In this document: one piece after another, positions 62,836-64,000 of the stretch
How the letters are laid out: each line of letters begins with the position of its first letter
How positions within the stretch are numbered: position 1 is the stretch's first letter
Source: Octopus vulgaris
Taxonomy: Eukaryota
Direction of reading: 5' to 3'
DNA length: 64,000 bases
NCBI GenBank assembly: GCA_951406725.2
Contig: OX597815.1
Coordinates: forward strand, 138,012,001-138,076,000
Made by a program: the position numbers and the translations under genes
The notes under the pieces: generated by a model
Told to the model about the DNA's origin: nothing
The model's database searches: none
The model's input: only the letters and a program-made list of their open reading frames with translations

Positions 62836-62995
62836 TACATATATACATACACACATACCTGTATGTATGCATAAGTAATTACACTCACACACTTTCAGAA
62901 TATGGCATGTATGCATAATGCATAAACTTACATGTATAATGAAAATACATACATATATACTTACGTGTATGCATACATAAATATATACATACATG
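62450..62995. repeat. Compound (CATA)n/(CA)n repeat region
   Basis: Direct reading of sequence. Confidence 0.85.
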
Positions 62996-63383
62996 TAACT
63001 TTTATCCTTTGCTTGTTTCAGTCATTAGACTGTGGTCATGCTGGGGCACTACTTTGAAGAATTTTAGTCAAATGAATTGAACCCCAATAAGCCTGGAGCT
63101 TATTCTATTGGTCTCTTTCACTGAGCTGGAAAGTTAGAGGAATGTAAACACACGAATATGTCTGTCTGTTTGTATGCATATATGTATGTTTGTATATATG
63201 TATATGTATGTATGTTTGTATATATGCATATGTATATATGTATGTTTGTATATATGTATATGTATGTTTGTATATATATGTAAGTATATATATATATTTG
63301 TATATATATGTAAGTATATATATATTTTTGTATATATATGTAAGTATATATATATTTTTCTCTCCTTGTTTTTTCTGTGTCCC

Positions 63384-63418
63384 TTTCTGTAGAAGAGCAT
63401 AGGCTCGAAATGTAAAAC
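63384..63418 (+). ncRNA. Degenerate minimal hammerhead motif in a TA-flanked short element
   Basis: ttt-CTGTAGA-a-GAGC-atag-GCTC-GAAA-TGTA-aaa; same layout as 17915, core A6 and C15.2 altered. Confidence 0.5.
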
Positions 63419-64000
63419 ACTTTTTCTATTCCTGAGCGTTATACTAATACATCTGTTTGTTTTGTACACCAATTGTCTTCGTCTTTTGTTTTTTTTCGTA
63501 AACTCTCCTTACATATATATATATATATATATATAAGTACTTTGGTCAATCCATTCAACTAAAAATTCTTCAAGGTGGGATTCCAGCATGGCTGCAGTCT
63601 AATGACTAAAATAATTAAAAGATAAAAGACATACACACACATATATATATATATAGCTAGCTGTTAGAAAGCACTTGACTTGTCCCTTCACTCATGGAGA
63701 TAAGGTGAAGAACTTGTGAATAGGTAGCCAGGGAGCCTGGAGAAACTGGTTAATCTTCTTAAAAGCAAACTTGGAGGAGAAACACTCATATCAGCAGAAA
63801 GTTATGTATGGGTAAATATCCTGTAAGCTTGAGGATACTAACAGTATTGACTGGATGAGTAGCTTCTCCTAGACTTGTGACAGATACATTGCATCTCACC
63901 TAGAAGGTTATGTCTTCACTGTCCAAGAACTGGAGATAGATATATCTGATCAACAATGGAGATAAAGATACCTCCAAACTTCCATGTTGTGACAGTTAAT

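Overview
AT-rich, microsatellite-dense animal genomic DNA; the SINE types and (TA)n/(AAT)n/(CAT)n density suggest an octopus/coleoid cephalopod (inference). One host gene is reconstructable: a 7-exon + strand PDE12 (2',5'-phosphodiesterase 12 / CCR4-Nocturnin-type EEP deadenylase), CDS 7843..56909, 1875 nt = 624 aa, all splice phases compatible, 30.3-kb first intron. The rest is mostly transposon-derived: RTE, CR1 and R4/Dong-like LINE pieces, tRNA- and RTE-tail SINEs, Tc1, pogo and mariner relics, and two non-autonomous Helitrons. Intron 1 holds a 5'-truncated Penelope-like element (RT + GIY-YIG, 30491..38380, minus strand) with an inverted pseudo-LTR and a hammerhead ribozyme whose stem II is extended to about 85 nt. 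Its 3' UTR carries a 2.9-kb foldback element with about 1.3-kb near-identical arms. About eight loci with hammerhead-like cores from unrelated families are scattered across the window, several as head-to-head palindromes, one fused to a tRNA-derived Pol III head. All calls were made by eye; no searches or folding programs were run.
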